A stretch of DNA of 64,000 bases from assembly GCF_964204645.1 (NCBI RefSeq), contig NC_134028.1, forward strand, positions 10,664,001 through 10,728,000, read 5' to 3'. The notes below the pieces were generated by a model. The model made no database searches, was not told the DNA's origin, and saw only the letters and a program-made list of their open reading frames with translations. The DNA comes from Tubulanus polymorphus. Taxonomy: Eukaryota; Animalia; Nemertea. Made by a program: the position numbers and the translations under genes. Shown here piece by piece: positions 51,901 through 63,606 of the stretch. The stretch's first letter is position 1. The number at the start of each line of letters is the position of its first letter.

Positions 51901-54900
51901 GCTGGGGACACATTAGGCAATTTCGTCGAGCACTTATGTTGTGCAACGAAATCGTCAGTAAAATCACCTAATTTGTCAGGGTCTGCGCCGACTGAATCGC
52001 CCGAATCCAACACGTCCTTCGACTGAATCACCCAACGCATCAGGATTGTTCGCCTCGAGCGCCATATTAAACGTTAAACCCTCCCCTTTTCTGACCAAGT
52101 GCCCTTTTGAATCACAGGTGAAAAATTCCACCCTATGATCGAAGTGCACAAACCCCATACTACCGTTTCACACCGTGAGACCTGTATTGACTAGTGCCCT
52201 TTTCATAAGAGCTGAACCCTCGTTCTTCCAGCTTGGATCCGCCCCTGTCAATCAACAACAAATGAACACTAGCCATTATATATTGAATTCATGTACTTAC
52301 GTATTATTTAGCTGACCCGGTTTGGGTCCAACTTTTTTCCTCATGGAAGACTTTCATTGCTTCGCATCCAGTCCAATGCCTTGACAATTAGTTCTTCTTT
52401 TAAATGAGTGGACGACAGCATGCATGCACCCAACAGTATTAGGTTTTCAGAATAATCAGCGTATGGCAGCAGCTGTTGTATCATTCAATAGTGAGTAGGC
52501 ATCCTAAAATGAGAAGAATTTACAATGCTCACGCTGTAATCTATACTAAAACCATTTCAACGCTCATATAATCTATTATGTAAATACCTGATTTTCATCA
52601 CACTGTCATTGTTGAGAAATCAGTGGAAAATTGAAGGCTCTCTCACGCTAACATCATTTTCCAACAATCCCCTGGTGGACACATTTTTAAGCCAAAAAAT
52701 GGGAATTCCAATTTTATAGTGTCGGTCTGGATCAATTCTTATTGGTGTAGACCCTATAAAGTTTGAAAAAAAATGGTCAAGAATTGATTGCACTAACGTC
52801 GTTTTTGCCGACAATCGAAACTCCGACAGCGACCTAATTTCATGTCCAGCATACAAATTTAATGGCGATGATGGGCGCACAACAAAATCAAAATGATCCT
52901 GCGGTTTTTAGATTGGATGAATAAACACCAAAGAAACTCCATTTTTATCCCTCACGATTGGAATGATCACTCACAATTTTTTCACTGGACATTCAATCAT
53001 TTAAGGCCTACTAATAACCATAACTAATTCAAATTCAATTCAATACTAAAAATAAAGATTCTAGGCCTACAATATTTACTTAGTCATGTTAGTTTTCATT
53101 CCAATAAGCATATTCTTTTAGTGACCTTGTGGTGGCCTGAAGCCCAACACAATAAACGTTTACTTTACTACATGTACATAACAATAATAATACCTGAACA
53201 ATCCACAACGCGTCCTTTAAACGCGGGATAATAAATCAAATGGCCTTCGACTTTTTCTGTTCCACTTCCATTCGAATCCACTCTAATGAATCTAATCATT
53301 CAATGATCCACTATGTGTTTCACCTCAAACAAAGAAGCAGTGTCACTTTTGGTCCAGTTGTCAATGATCCCCTATTATACATTGTCATCCAATGCGTTTT
53401 GCAATCATTATGAGAATATAATACTGAATAGATCGTGAAAGCCTGTGAAAACGGCGTGAAAACGTGTTGCTTAACAATGGCAATATGGCTGCCACCGTGC
53501 AGGGGTGCTTGGGAGTTTAATTGAAATAGATTATTTAATTATTAATAAGTTTTACATCAGCATTTTAGTTCTTTTAGAATTTAAGAATAATCGTGATAAG
53601 TGATATTTAATTAGTAAAAAAATTACTTATACTAAGTTATTATGAAGCTAAGGCAAAATCAATTAAGTAAGTTGAAAATAACGATTCAGTGAAGAAATGA
53701 CGATCATTTAAATATACGCTTTATTATAAAAATAGACAAAAAGGTGCATGAATAAGGCCTGTTAGTATTTAATTCAACATTTAGATGAGATTATTTTGTC
53801 TAGGTTGTTTTTCTGTTCATTGAAAACCATTTAATCGGAGCTAGTCAGTTCGTCAGTGAGGTTTTCATTTTAGTAGTGTTCCAAAATGGAAGACAAATAA
53901 CATAAAGATGCACTTTTTAGTGGAAAAATTACCGGTAAATATCGATGTATACCAACCGAATTCGTCTTTTGCAAGCATGGAGTTTGAAAAAGAAATTGCA
54001 AGTAGAAGGCCAGTTAAAATACGCGAGTAGGCCTACATGTTAAACATTTGGAGGTAAGATCATTTTAAATCTAAGCAAATCAAATTGACTTTATTGGTCC
54101 TTATCAATAATAATGTTAAACAAGTAAATTATTGGTTTGACAGTTCAATAAAGTTGACAGGACAAACAAGAGACATGGAGAATTATACTATTGCATAGGC
54201 CAATTGTTTAGTTTAATGTTAATGTTGTTAGTTTTCACAAGCGGGCTCAGTGCTAATTGAGGGGATGGCCTCTGTCTGTCTCAGTGTCTGTATATTGGAC
54301 GATCGCATTGTACCACATACTTTTTATGTGTATAACATACAAAATATGGTGTATACATATATAATGGATAATGTATGATAGACAATGCTAGGTATTTCGT
54401 ATATAAGCCCTTACAGACAAAAAATCCAGGTCCGATCTGGTACGTAATGCATGTTCATCGCAACAATAGGCTACGAAATCGCTAGCTGGAAACCAACCTA
54501 CGTATAGGCCTACTGTAGCCTTAAGTTCTATATGCTTGGGAATAATTTATTCTCAAATTACTTCTTGTTTTGTAGTTTGTAATATGTTGCTAAATGATGG
54601 ACATTTTGATTTTTCAAGAAGTCGATTTTGAGAATCTGGAAGATTTAAGAATTGAAAATGGCCACAATCCACCAATAATGCAGACAATGGTTGTGACGAC
54701 GTGAGTTAGTAATACAGTGCCTTATGACTAAAGTGAATCCAATCATAATTGCCAATCTACTCATCCGATATGAACTTGACCAATCACCAAAATGTTTAAT
54801 CTGTTTTGCAGCCACAGCTCATTGATGGAAATAGATGATCATCCCCACACAAATGCTGAGGTGACCCTTCGTGGGGCTGTTACTACTATTATGATGTTCT

Positions 54901-57900
54901 CCCTCAAAGCTGGATCCACATCAACTGTTTTGACTGGATTGTTGCATCGGTTGAATCTACTGTTACTGAGAAGCGGTTCTACGCAGTTCTAAATGCCTAT
55001 TTTGAAAAGATTTTCTCTATGTGCGGAGGTGAACAAATATTACTGCGCTGTATGTAAGACATTATTAAAAAAACTGCAGGTATGATACAAATGTTCATTA
55101 TGTGATATACAGTACGATAAGGCAACATTAGAGGAAAAAGGACATTTTTTGTGTATGGGCCTACAAGGAAAGCAGAACACTTGGAGCTGGTGACAGCAAT
55201 ATATTCAACATTTTTCATAAATAACATTGTAATTCGGGGCTTGGGCAGTCCCCTAAGCCTCTAGTTATCTTGATAATAAATGAAATATCCAAAATTTTTT
55301 GTTCAGATCATGATTTTTGTGAAACAGTTTTTGGATTTATTCAGAGGGCAACAAAGACATGTGCTTCATTCATACAGGATCCAATCTAGTCAATACAGGA
55401 CAAACAACATGATTTTTTGACATCGCATCCTGGAAAAAACTACTAAATGAGGATCAAACAATTAAAAAGACAGGAGATTCCTTCAATTCTCCGAACATTA
55501 CATGCAAAATCTTACTTTTTATGAAATCATGTGAAGCTAAATGATGTAATTACAAATTTTATTGCAGTTTACAAAAGTGACCAATTATGAGAAACAAGGT
55601 ACATGTATAATTTTTTAGCCAAGGTACATGCATCCAGATTGCACATGTATTTCAGAAGCCAAACATGAATTTACACGTGTTTTTAAAATACACGTCCTAA
55701 GTTACACGTGTATTTCAAAATACACATCTTCAGTACACGTGTAATTCAAAATACATGTCCAAACTACACGTGTATTTTAGAAATACACGTGTTTTACACA
55801 TGTACTTCAAAATACACGTCAAAAGTACACGTGTAATTTCATATTACACGTGTATTACACGTGTATTTAGCTAAATACACGTGTACCATTTTCATAAGGG
55901 TTTTTAGGTGCTTCTGAATATCGGCCGTTAAAAAACTAAACAATTGCCATTTGGAAAGGGCCTAGTTAGAGAAAATGCTAGATGTGTATATTGTGTGATA
56001 TTTCATGTGCGTTTGGAATTTAACCTTGTTTATAACGAAACACACATGTTCTTTTCTATTTTAGAAGAGCGTATGATAGTGCAATAAAGAACTGACAATG
56101 AAAAAGAGGTAACAGGTGACTGATATCACACCGAATTTCAATTCCTATGAACACTTTTCATATAGTGAATTCTGTACAAGAGTTTAAAAAAACTTGAAAT
56201 ATTAACGAAACAGTTTTTTGACGGACAAATCGTTACCATCGAATTTTCAAAACTTTTTTAATGCCTTGGTGACCACTGGTCTAGTACGCGGTTTTCTGAA
56301 ACAAAAGTGGCCAAGTTTAAAGAAGGACAAATGATTACAAATATTAGGAGCCTAATGCGTTTAATGATTTAATTAATTGGCATCGCGCTGATTGGTTGAA
56401 AGACGGTTGTTAGTCATCTTGCCTGTGATTTAATTGTTTTTTTAAGCATCGATTAACCATAGATTTAATCTTATCATAACTTATTTGCAGGTGCTTCTCG
56501 CAAACATTTTCTATTCGTTTTCAAACGCAGTACTGTTCAGGTGATTCGCGTCAAGCTTTGAGTCAAGTAGTAAAAAAGTTTATGTATTAGCATTACTATG
56601 CAGTCAAAATTACGCACTGCGGCAAGTGAGGTGCTGTGATCCAGATGTGTAACCTATTTAGGAGTAATATATTTCCATCATGTCAACGCCATTCAGAAAC
56701 AGTAGCAAAACATACTGCTGGTCTCTAGAAATAACAATACGACGACAACCACTTTCGAATTCGACGATATTCGAGAAGTTTCACTTGGGCAGTGGTGGTC
56801 AGTGATGGTCAATTTATGAATTCTAATGGGGAATGCTTTCTAGTTTCACACCAAATGCGGTACCGGTATATCTTTCTTACATTCGAGAAGTTTCAATTGG
56901 TCAGTGATGGTCAATTCATGAATTTTCAATGGCGAATCCTTTCTAGTTTGACACCATAACGCGGTATATCGTTCTCATATTCGAGAAGTTTGAATTGGTC
57001 AGTGGTGGTCAGTGATGGTCAATTTATGAATTCTCAATATTTATGGCGAATCCTTTCTAGTTTGACACCATAACGCGGTATATCGAACTCATATTCGAGA
57101 AGTTTGAATTGGTCAGTGGTGGTCAGTGATGGTCAATTTATGAATTTGCAATGATGATACCTCGGTAGTTTGAAAACAAACATGACTTGATAAATTTCCG
57201 AAATTCGCAGTCAGGTGTTCAGACTCGGGAATATCTCAATTGGTCAGTTTCTGACCATCATGGTGTCACCATGTGGTCTATAGCTCAAATGAAACACGTG
57301 GGACCGACGAAAGGGCCCAAAAGCGTAAGTCATTTCCTGAGTGATGTGATCCAAAAATGCCCTAACTGGAAAAGGCAGTCTTTCAATTGGACGAAACCAA
57401 ATCGGACAGAACAATTAAAATTTGGGAAGGCCACAGGCAGTGGTCTTTCTACGAAGCCCACGCGGTAGGCCTATACTTTGAGCGTATCATTATGAAATCT
57501 TTTTTTAAACCACCATGTACCACATTAAGTAATAAGCATCGTTGTAAGCACTTGAAACACCCATTAACCACTTGAAACTGTCAGATCAAACATCATACCG
57601 CATCCCCGCAAAGAGGGGTAGTTCAGCAAACCGGAGCTTTCATTTGCCTATCTAGACTACCCCGCCTGTACGGGTAGCCGAGCAAACCGGAAAACTCATA
57701 ATGTAACTTTTACTAGCTCGGCCGAGTGGATTGTCGAATTAATCAATCACTCGGCTTTCTGATACAATGCTTGGCCGAGCAAATGGCCGAATAACTTGTC
57801 AATTGGGACTGTATTTTATAGCTCCCTCCACGAGTAATGAGGTGCCCTTGTCATATGAGCTGAATCAATCCCCCTTTCTCCCAGCCTGGACGTATCGGCC

Positions 57901-58741
57901 CCACTCCGCGCGGGATTTACGCAAAAGCAGCAAACACAAACATGGCCACTCTCTCAATTTTCAATGATAGAAATCGTGTGTGCATTTCAATTATTTCGGC
58001 TGTTAGGGTTTTAAGGCACAATATAAGTTGATGATGTGATATGGCGATGTAAATTAATGATGATTCCGCAGTGAAGCTAGTCATAAACGGTGCCGATTGA
58101 GTGTACAGCTGCCAAAACACTGAAATGTGCGTAGTTGCGCAACTATTTGCAGTGAATTGCAGACGAAACATGAAGCCTTAACGGCCGTTTTAAAAAAAAT
58201 TATACCAATCGCAATTGTAAAATAAAAATGAGATAGAACCTAAGTTAAAATTCTGGCCATTTCTAAAATGTTATTACTAATTTTTAGTCAGTGCCGAACG
58301 TTTAGTTTTCCAACAATAATGAGGGGTGGTAGGTAATGTTCAAGTCATCATTTATTACACGTTACTTCCGTGTTGTTGAAAATCTCGCGAGTCCTGGACC
58401 AAACCCCATTGAACGATGTGATCTGTGTGCTGGCCACAAATGCACACAGATCACACTACACTACCCATTACACACTCCAGTACCCACAGCTTTCATATAT
58501 CCATCCAAATATTTAGAGTGTCTTTCTTCCTGGATCTCCCCTGCAGCAATCAACAAAGTATATTGGAGTATCACTATACCTAATTAATCTTGGACTCCTT
58601 TCTTCCATGAACTTTGAAGTAGGATTAATCAAACATAACTTTAAACAATGAAGTTTTTTTCGCTAATGATAATGCAACTCTAAAGTATTAGGAATTTCAG
58701 GCTGAAATTGAGCTGTAAATCAGCTGAAATAGAACACTGCG

Positions 58742-59072
58742 CAGTGGCGGATTTAGCCTACCGCACTTGCCGCTAATGCGGTAGTCAACATTTTCCTCTA
58801 ACAACATTTTATTTATTTCATGGATGGATTTGACTTAGCTGATTCCTTGGAAAAAAGTACCCATATTAAAACAGGATTTTTCTCTTCCAAAACCCAGGAA
58901 ATGTCATCTCAGCCCTTTAAATTTTTCAAAATCTTCTGGGGGAGGACCCCCAGACCCCCCCCCCCCCCCGGTAGGCACGTTGTGCCTTCGGCACTCGAAT
59001 TGCACATCTCGTGCCTTCGGCACTCGGTTGCCGAAATGCGGTAGTCATATTATACCTCTGGATCCACCACTG
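58742..59072. mobile_element. hAT-type MITE, probable 5-bp TSD CTGCG/CTGTG
   Basis: cagtggcggattta..tggatccaccactg. The flanks differ by one CpG transition. Confidence 0.7.
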
Positions 59073-59337
59073 CTGTGGGGTACCAAATTAAGCTCTTTTC
59101 AGCTCAATTTCAGCCAGAAAATATTTAAATAAATTCTGCTGATTTTCAGCCTTTTGTTGCCAGGCGTAATTAGAGCTGAAATCTAGCTGAATTTTCAGAC
59201 ATATATAAATTCCGCCTTTTTTCAGCTGGTTTTCAGCCACACAATTTTCTGCTTATTTCCAGCTCATTTTCAGTCCATTTTCCGCTCATAATTACGCTCT
59301 TTTTCAGCTCAAATTCAGCAATGGGCTGATAGTGGAA

Positions 59338-60185
59338 TCAATCTCTTAAAATCAAATCACGTACACCAGATGGTATATGGCGAGACTGGCAGGTTTCCGA
59401 TTGAAATCTTTGTTAAAATTAGAATGATAAATTATTGGAGTAGACTAGTCAACTATGAAAACCAATGTGAACTTAGCAAGATCTTATACAATAATGTACG
59501 CTTACATGCAAATAATCAGTTCCAAGTGGATCAGTCGCATACAAAGCACTTTAAGCGAATGTGGTTTTGGTTATTTTGGCTCAACCAAAATCCAGGAAAA
59601 CCAGACTGGATAAGCCAGTCTGTTAAAACAGCTCTCCAAGGCCAATTTATTCAAACCTGGAGTAGCGAAATAAAGGAAAAGACAAAATTTATAGCTATAG
59701 ATTGATTAGAAAAAACTTTGAACTAGAAGACTATCTTACTAAATTGCCAATTAAATCACGAGTATTACTAACAAAATTTCGCACCAACAACCACAAGCTT
59801 CTTGTAGAAAAGGAACGTTTTAATCTTGCAAGGTATGAAAGATTTTGTGAAAAATATAACTTGGCTATCTAGGTGACGAATTTCATTCTTTATTAATATG
59901 TCCACAACACCTAGAATTAAGGAAAAAGTTCATACCGGACAAATTCTGGAAACATCCAAATACTCTCATGTATAATGAATTACTAAACTGTGAAAATTAG
60001 TCAACGCGTACGAAACTTGCCAAGTATATAGATAACCGTTTAACTGAAAATTGTAGTGGTCAATAGGCTATATGTTATTTTGTGTCTTTCCTGTTAATTT
60101 TTCTTTGTGTGATCTTTTTAGACCTCCTTATACTATCAATTTTAGTCAGGGGAATAAAGTTATATGTCATCTTATCTTATCTTAC
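59338..60185 (+). pseudogene. RTE-X-like LINE 3' part with (TCTTA)n tail
   Basis: MVYGETGRFP..RMINYWSRL, LTKFRTNNHKL..ERFC, GDEFH..CP, then AATAAA and tcttatcttatctta. Confidence 0.85.
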
Positions 60186-60813
60186 AAATGTACGACATCA
60201 GGAGCGCTCCGTCCAGGTTTCGGTGATCGCCGGTAACTCCAATGTATCGTGGGTATCCTCGGTATCATGAGTATCGCAGGTGGCGTGGAGGCTCACAGAC
60301 CGTGAGACAGGACGTATCCTCGGTATCGTATCGTATCGGTATCGTTGGTACCGTAAATTAGGGTGACTTGAGACAAGGGGGTTGACGAGACACTAGGCGT
60401 CTCAAGGGGCTACAAGAGAGGGATAAGTGTGTTATTCTTTGAAAGAAGCAACATATTCTCTAAAAGTTTAATGATTAAAATGTTTGTTTTTTTTGTCATG
60501 TAGTATGAATTAAACTAGCTTAGATAGTCGAGATCACAGTGAGCTGGCGTGTGTCATCTTGAAAGTAAGGTTTTACATACTTTAAGAAAAAACCACATTC
60601 AGGAAACTTCATTTGGTGCCATATGCAGTGACCAGGCTTTGGTGCACTCTGTGACCTCAGGTATTAATCGTTTAATCATTATTATTTCATGAAAATAAAA
60701 ATAAGGTTAGATGTCCAGTGGCAGTGTCAGTAATTGGAAAATGACGTTTTCAGGCCAGAGGGTGAGAGGGCGTTACAGCACTCATCACCACAAGTAATTT
60801 TTTCCCCTGAAAA

Positions 60814-61164
60814 ATGGGGGACAGTAAAGTATTCTTAGCGACAATAAATAACAGAATAAAACCAGCAAAAAAACAATTTGAAATAAAAAAGTTAGTTGAT
60901 GTTACAAAAGAAATTGAACATGAAATATTAAAATTAGAAAAGATAAAAACTAAATATGGAGATAAAATATCAGCAAATTTAAATTACTGTTATGTTAGTA
61001 CAACGCGAGAATTTAAAGTATTTTTACCTGATAAATGGGTTTCATTGAGTACAGAGGAATTAAAAGATTTAGAAGGATATAAAATAATCTACATGTATCA
61101 TGGAAAAAATGAAGACGGTCATCATGATTTTAAAATTGTTGACGAAATAAAAAGAACAAAATAA
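60814..61164 (+). CDS. Small Lys-rich hypothetical protein of the Polinton
   Basis: Intact 116-aa ORF with AAAAATGG start context, in the Polinton region. No family recognised. Confidence 0.5.
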   Translation: MGDSKVFLATINNRIKPAKKQFEIKKLVDVTKEIEHEILKLEKIKTKYGDKISANLNYCYVSTTREFKVFLPDKWVSLSTEELKDLEGYKIIYMYHGKNEDGHHDFKIVDEIKRTK

Positions 61165-61851
61165 TTTAAAAAAATAAATTAACAAAAAATAAATAATGAA
61201 AAAAAAATGAAAATAATGAATATCTAGAATCCGAAATGAAATAAAATTATGTTTTTGCTTTTTTCTAAAATATTAATCCATTTTTTTTAATTGTGAATTT
61301 TGAAATTTCAGACGCATTTTCATTTTAAATCGTAGTAGTTTCAGAATTATTAACAACACAAATTTTATTTGATTTTTTATACCAACTTCATCCAATCAAA
61401 ATGAATACAATTACAAATCCAGTTGTAAAATATAAATATTTATCAAATATTCTATTATTGGAATGAGTAGAAATGACAATATTTTCACCATTATTGTTAA
61501 GACCTTCATCATTTATTTTTTCTTTTTTAGCTTTTTAAAATTCTTTTGATTTAATACCTAATTGCCGAGACCATTCAATTTGTTTCTGATTTCTCGTTTT
61601 TTTCTTCACAGTTAATTCCTTCAATTCTTCCACCTCGCTCATTTATCATAGAAACATTTTTACTTTCAATATTTGAAAATGTTATAACTCCAGTTCATAA
61701 TATTGTCTTAAATCCACCTAATTGAAATGATAAATATCCAATCCATTTATTTAATTCAGTCATAACTGAATCATCATTTTTTAAATCGGAATATAATTTA
61801 TTTTCATCTTCAATTGGGAGCATATAATTCACATAATTTACTATAGCCTCA

Positions 61852-62127
61852 CGATTGATAGAACACTATATCCGTGTTGACGCGATGTAGAGAGAATCCC
61901 ACAATGATAAGAAAAAGTCCAAAAATGTAACTTCGAGATAGTAGTTATTCAACGTTTCGACTATATCCTAATAGTCATCTTCAGGAACTATGAGATACTA
62001 CAAAAATTATGAGATATATATAATCCAGAGACAAAGAGACTAATTCAAGTAATTAGAGATGATACAAACTAAAGGAAAATTAACGTAGAAACAGTTACAC
62101 GCTAAAATAGATTAAAGGGAAGCAAAC
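61852..62127 (-). mobile_element. Penelope-like pLTR fragment, copy 3, with hammerhead motif (about 61945-61990), interrupting a Polinton ORF
   Basis: Minus strand: gttc CTGAAGA t gactat taggat atagtc GAAAC GTT gaat. Same 3' end as copies 1 and 2. Confidence 0.7.
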
Positions 62128-62491
62128 CATATTAATAATATTCATAATTATTATTTGTAGTAATATCATTTAATGCACCATTATTATCTGGAGATAATTT
62201 TGTTTCTGTTATACCTAAATCATCCAATTTTTTTCAATTTGAACATCACTATTTTTAGATTTTATTTTCTTTTCACCACCCATTTTTATAACAAAAAAAT
62301 TAGTTGTGTTGTTGCAACTAGAATTCAACTAGAATGTAACTAAATTTAAACTAGATCAACAAGCTAGTTGAAATATTATTGTTTTTATTTATTTCTTGTT
62401 GAATTTTATTTGATTTTTGTTTCAACTACCATTAACTAGAATTCAACTAGAATGTAACTAAAAATATACTAGATTAACAAGCTAGTTGAAT

Positions 62492-63100
62492 TTAAATAAA
62501 TTCATATTTATATGGGTGTTGTAATCGAAATAGTAATTTTGATCTTTTATTATTTCTCAATTTATCCATATATTCATTATGTAAATCATGTGGAATAATA
62601 TCACTTTCCTCAAGCGCATTTTTCATCGATTTTCTATCTTTATTGTGGAATTATACTAAAAATCTAATGTTTTCTCTAAAATCTTTAACAATTGAATTAT
62701 ATTTTTGATATAAAACCCACGTTGTTATCCCAAAATGTCTACCAGAAAAAGCTAAATAACATAATTCACTTTCTCTAATTTATGAATCATGTAAATTTGC
62801 ACAATCATCGATAATAAATAATGCATCTGTTCCTTTATATATATCAATTGCTATTTTAATACAATTATCTACATTTTCTATATCTGTTTTAGGATCTAAT
62901 ATTATAAATTTATTATCTCTAGTAATATTTCTATCATAAGTTTGATTAAATTCATACGTTGGACAAAATAGTACTATATTATCAAAATAGTTTTTATAAA
63001 CAGTTTCTAATAAATTTAATATAAAATTAGTTTTTTCACAATTTGTTACACCAGAAATTAACATATTATGAGGTTCAAATATAAATAATTCCTTATTCAT
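62492..63100 (-). pseudogene. Polinton A32-like packaging ATPase (FtsK/HerA superfamily), inactivated
   Basis: Walker A GVTNCEKT (G>E), Walker B LFIIDD, in-frame stop at 62780, then LAFSGRHFGITTWVLYQKY..RENI. Confidence 0.88.
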
Positions 63101-63109
63101 TTATATATT

Positions 63110-63606
63110 TTTAATTTTACTTGATAATATCCATTCATTGAATTTATCTGGCCATCCAACCCATTTTACTAAAGGATATTTTTATCTTTTAACAGTTTTT
63201 GTTTTTAGTACTTTTTCAATTTTATATTCTTGTTCTAGATTTTCAGTAGTTAAACTTAATTCTTCTTCATAAAAATACCCATCAACTTCTTCACCATCTA
63301 AATCTTCTAATTCATAGACATATGGTTTTTTTGTTATTACCTTTTTTACTTTATATATTTCTCTAGTAAAATTACGATGGTATCCTTTGTCAAATATCTT
63401 TTTATACTTAGAAATTCTAACATTTTGACCAACTTTAAATATAGGTTCACCAAAATCATCTACAAGAAATGCCCCGTATAAATTATTCCAAACAATTTCA
63501 GCATTTTCAGGTTCTCTAGCATCAATAGGTTTTCATTCCAATAGAAGAATGATAAGAATTGTTATAACCTTCTATCAATTTTGGTAAAATATCAACCCAT
63601 TTATAA
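63110..63606 (-). pseudogene. Polinton retroviral-like integrase C-terminal half with chromodomain, frameshifted
   Basis: KWVDILPKLIEGYNNSYHSSI, FKVGQNVRISKYKKIFDKGY..NFTREIY, GYFYEEEL, YKIEKVLK..LVKWVGWPDKFNEW. Cut at about 63610 by unrelated sequence. Confidence 0.88.

Larger units (their letters stand above)
50295..55900 (+). mobile_element. EnSpm/CMC-type element with CCC ends, 2-bp TSD TT and ACACGTGT subterminal arrays
   Basis: Perfect 25-bp TIR CCCTTATGAAAATGGTACACGTGTA. Exon-like plus-strand remnants at 53886-55380 (TLRGAVTTIMMFSLK..LTGLLHRLNLLL, YYCAVCK) resemble animal EnSpm transposase N-termini. Confidence 0.8.
46280..57303. mobile_element. Probable nested TIR element with long subterminal repeat fields; termini not fixed
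   Basis: Repeated actgaccaat..gaccagtactgacc at 46370-46900, mirrored by ttggtcagtggtggtcagtgatggtc at 56780-57270. Confidence 0.45.
44069..59334. mobile_element. CACTA/EnSpm element, 15.3 kb including nested insertions, 3-bp TSD GAA
   Basis: GAA|CACTATCAG..CTGATAGTG|GAA, with subterminal gagcggaa/gctgaa repeat fields at both ends. Removal rejoins the LINE frame FKFLNQSLKIKSRTP. Confidence 0.85.

Noticed and set aside
58300-58620. Cys/Trp-rich minus-strand stretch resembling a PHD finger or CACTA ORF
   Set aside because: Stops interrupt the frames tried and the motif spacing is not convincing.
60800-63600. Very AT-rich gene-dense block as bacterial or viral contamination
   Set aside because: It is pseudogenised and interrupted by a host repeat seen twice elsewhere in the window, so it is endogenous.
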